This document shows, piece by piece, positions 61,174-64,000 of a stretch of 64,000 bases of DNA; position 1 is the first letter of the stretch; every line of letters begins with the position of its first letter. The notes under the pieces are model-generated. The model saw only the letters and a program-made list of their open reading frames with translations, did not search any database and was not told the DNA's origin. Location of the stretch: assembly GCA_963737565.1 (NCBI GenBank), contig CAVTTF010000013.1, positions 112,281 to 176,280 on the forward strand, read 5' to 3'. The position numbers were made by a program, and so were the translations under genes. Source of the DNA: an uncultured Actinomycetes bacterium (GTDB taxonomy: Bacteria; Actinomycetota; Thermoleophilia; Gaiellales; Gaiellaceae).

Positions 61174-62040
61174 TCAGCGCGAAACGAGGCCCGTGTAGTC
61201 AAGTTCGCGCTCGTCCGTCGAGAACATGCGTAGTACGTGTTCGCGGTGACGGCAAGGTCGCGCTGGCCGACGTGCTCGCCGATTCGAAGCCCACGGCACG
61301 CCGCCTCAGGTTAAGAAGCAAAGATACGCCGGTGGCGCAGGTCGTGAGGAGAGAACACGGGCACGCCGGCTCGCGGCGCACGCGCGCCAGATCGCGGTCC
61401 GCAGCCGGTCGGCCGTCACGCCCTGGAATACCCGCCGCTCGCGGCACACGGTCGTCGCGAGGGCAAAGCACGAGTACGACCGCGAATAGCGCCGGCGGCA
61501 CGCCACAAAGCGCGCCGAGCGAGTCTTCGCGACTGCACGGGAGACGCGTAAGCGCGAGCGGGGCTCGTCGACGTCGGCCCACGTGAGCGCGACAGCTCGC
61601 CGACTCGCATCCCGCGTCGCGTCGAGCGAGGAGCAGCGCGAGCTTGTACGCGCGCGGGCGAGCAGGCGTGTACGGCCTCGACATGCTCGGCGGTGGGCGG
61701 CACAATCTCGGGCCGATTCTCTCGGGGTAGCTTTACGCGCGACGCGGTCACGCGCCGGGTTCGGCGTCACGTTCTCGAAGTCGAGAATCATCGCGAGCAC
61801 CGTCACCGTCTTACGGATCGTCTCGCGTGATTTGCCCGGCATCGGCGAGCGAGCCGATAAGCGCGGCAATGTCGGCGGGCGTGATCTCGTCGAGCCGCCG
61901 ACCGTGCAGCGACTTCGCATCGGTTGACGCGCCGAGCGCTGATAGGTGGCCGTCGCCTCGGAGACGTCGACGCGGCTCGCCTGCCAGCGCTTCGCAGCCT
62001 CGAGGAGCGTGGGGGAGCGAGGCGTCGTGACTTCGAGCGA
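61174..62040 (-). pseudogene. Tyrosine recombinase/integrase relic, 5'-truncated and multiply frameshifted
   Basis: RETIRKTVTVLAMILD..NPARD, GMRVGEL, LTWADVD, AKT, SPHDLRHRRISLL, HVGQRDLAVTANTY and ELDY recovered across frames. Confidence 0.8.
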
Positions 62041-62116
62041 GCTACCTGCGGATCGAGGAGCGCGAGCTCGGGGCGAGCGGGCTGAACAGCGGTTCGGTCA
62101 CCCTTGCAGGGGTCGG

Positions 62117-62416
62117 CTACTGAACGACGGGAGAGCTCCGCTCAATACGGAAATCAGGCCCGTGGACGGTCAGCTCACCCAGATCGGCAACGAGGGCTTG
62201 GACGAGCGGCGTCTTCATATCAGCGTCCATCGCCGCCTGGTTGGGAAACGTCTCAATGAAGTACAGGACCGTTTCGTCATCGGAATCGACAGTCACGGCG
62301 GCCGTCCCTCCCAGAGCTTCGACATCTGGGCGCAGCTCGACCATACGCCGGGCAAGCTCGGCCTGCTTACCAGGCTTGGCCTGGAACCGGACATTGATAT
62401 GAATCGCCTGGGTCAT
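62117..62416 (-). CDS. ABM-domain (putative quinol monooxygenase-like) protein
   Basis: VRFQAKPGK..EL, FIETFPNQAAMDAD; RBS GAGG. Confidence 0.75.
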   Translation of the reverse strand: MTQAIHINVRFQAKPGKQAELARRMVELRPDVEALGGTAAVTVDSDDETVLYFIETFPNQAAMDADMKTPLVQALVADLGELTVHGPDFRIERSSPVVQ

Positions 62417-62579
62417 CTCGTCCTCTCGAATGGTCAGCGGAGCTCAAAGGAGGTCGTAAGCGTAGGGCCTAGCGACCCTGCGGCTCGAGGACGCGCTACA
62501 GCTCGTGCATCGGGCGGCGACTGTCGGGTCGGGCAGGATTCAGGCACCGGCTCGGGCCTCGCGGCCGGACCGAGCACCA

Positions 62580-63268
62580 ATGCACACCATTCCGACCGCT
62601 CCCAGCGCCGACCGGCATCGCGTTCGACTTGGACGGCACGCTCGTCGACACCGTCGGCACGCGCATCGACGGCTGGCTCGCCGCGCTCGCGGCCGCCGGC
62701 ATGCGCACGACCCGCGTCGAGGTCGCAGCGATGATCGGCATGGACGGCAAACGGCTGGCGCGTGACGTCGCGGAGGCCAACCACAGGCGGGTTACGAATG
62801 ACGAGATCGAGGAGATCGACCGGGCGGCAGGGGAGGCGTTCGACCGGCTGAACACCAGCCCGCAACCTTTGCCCGGGGTCGGCGATTTGCTCGCGGCGAT
62901 CGAGGCGCGTGGCCTCCGCTGGGTCATAGCGACGTCGAGCCGGGCGGAGCAGGTCACGCGGTCAGTCGCGGCACTCGGGGTAGCGATAGCGCCGACGATC
63001 GTTGACGGCAGCCAGGTGAAGCGCGCGAAGCCGTGCTGGACCTACTGCTGCTCGCGGCCGAGCGTCTCGGCGCACCGGCAGACCGATGCTGGGCGGTCGG
63101 GGATGCCACCTGGGACATCCGGGCCTCGAGGGCGGCGGGCCTGACGGCGATCGGGTCCTTGCCGGCTCGGCGGTCGATCGGTCGGCGCTCGAGGAGGCCG
63201 GGGCTGCACTGGTGGTCGAGATGTTGAGCGAGTTGGTCGAGCTGCTCGACGGGGCCGGCGAGCACTAG
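62580..63268 (+). CDS. HAD-family phosphatase (frameshifted)
   Basis: AFDLDGTLVDT, IATSS, AKP, VGDATWDI. Confidence 0.85.
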
Positions 63269-63409
63269 CCCGCGTCTAGGGCATCCTGGTTACGACCAGC
63301 GGCTCCGGGCGAACGCTCGCATGTATGTCAGTGCATTCCCTCGACTGAGACTCGGTCACCCTCCCCCCTCGCGGGGTGCTCGGGCGTGGGGCCCGCTCTC
63401 GGGGGGTTC

Positions 63410-64000
63410 CTACTCTGAGATCGCGGAGATCGCCGTACTCAGCATCGCAGCCTCAGCTTCCGACTCCGAGATGCGGCCGCCTCGGATCTCCGTGCTGGCG
63501 GCGTGAACGATCGCTCGGAGCACTGCGAGATGCCAGGCGACCGGGAGATCACGTCGGAAGACGCCCATCTTCTGTCCGCGTTCGATCAGTGGCTCCAGCT
63601 GGTCGAGCATGGGGCGGTGACGCCGGTGAAGCTCCTCCGCCGAGAGCCGGGCGATGTTGAGCGCGAGCAGGCCGTGGAACTGCCCGAGTTGCCGCCAGGT
63701 CGCGCGGAGCACTCGCTCCAGCGCCTCCACTGGCTCGCCGCGCTGGGGCTCGGCACCTCTCATCGACTCGACGACGAGTCCGACCGCGTATTCCATCACG
63801 GCGTCGAGGAGATCCGTGCGGGTCGGAAAGTGGACGTAGATCGTCGCCCTGACAACGCCTGCCCGGCGAGCGATCTCCGACATGCTGCTGTCGGGATCGC
63901 TCGCCAGTGCTTCCAGAGCGGCGTCGAGGATGGCCGCGACGCTCCGTTCGGCGTCCGCTCGTCGGCGCTTGCGGCGCGGACGCCTCGGCAGATGTCGTCG
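63410..64000 (-). CDS. TetR family regulator (5' end outside the window)
   Basis: RRADAERSVAAILDAA, SMSEIARRAGVVRATIYVHFPTR. Confidence 0.88.
   Translation of the reverse strand, partial: RRHLPRRPRRKRRRADAERSVAAILDAALEALASDPDSSMSEIARRAGVVRATIYVHFPTRTDLLDAVMEYAVGLVVESMRGAEPQRGEPVEALERVLRATWRQLGQFHGLLALNIARLSAEELHRRHRPMLDQLEPLIERGQKMGVFRRDLPVAWHLAVLRAIVHAASTEIRGGRISESEAEAAMLSTAISAISE

Overview
High-GC bacterial chromosome segment. Gene content, a CGAAC-N4-GTTCG LexA box and many leaderless TAnnnT promoters point to Actinomycetota, possibly Thermoleophilia/Gaiellales (inference). About 20 genes carry single-base frameshifts typical of unpolished long-read assembly, so coordinates of split genes are reconstructions. 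The window holds about 60 CDS and 4 tRNAs (Val-TAC, Glu-TTC, Lys-TTT, Asp-GTC). Housekeeping genes include lon, dinB, pheA, apt and pepD. It also has a NirK-type copper protein, arsR-arsM, a Liv-type ABC importer cluster and a tyrosine-integrase relic. Top finding: an ABC-2 exporter locus (one ATPase, two paralogous permease pairs) ends in a class I SAM methyltransferase whose frame runs through two adjacent in-frame TGA codons (49951-49956), followed 10-11 nt later by a GU-loop hairpin resembling a bacterial SECIS. This is a candidate tandem-selenocysteine (UU) methyltransferase linked to an exporter. Second: two paralogous MshEN + long coiled-coil repeat proteins, each preceded by a sigma28/WhiG-like GCCGATA box. 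Also seen: tandem tRNA-targeted islets with a shared att architecture, a three-promoter SigG-type ECF regulon, and candidate ncRNAs near 52.5-52.85 kb.
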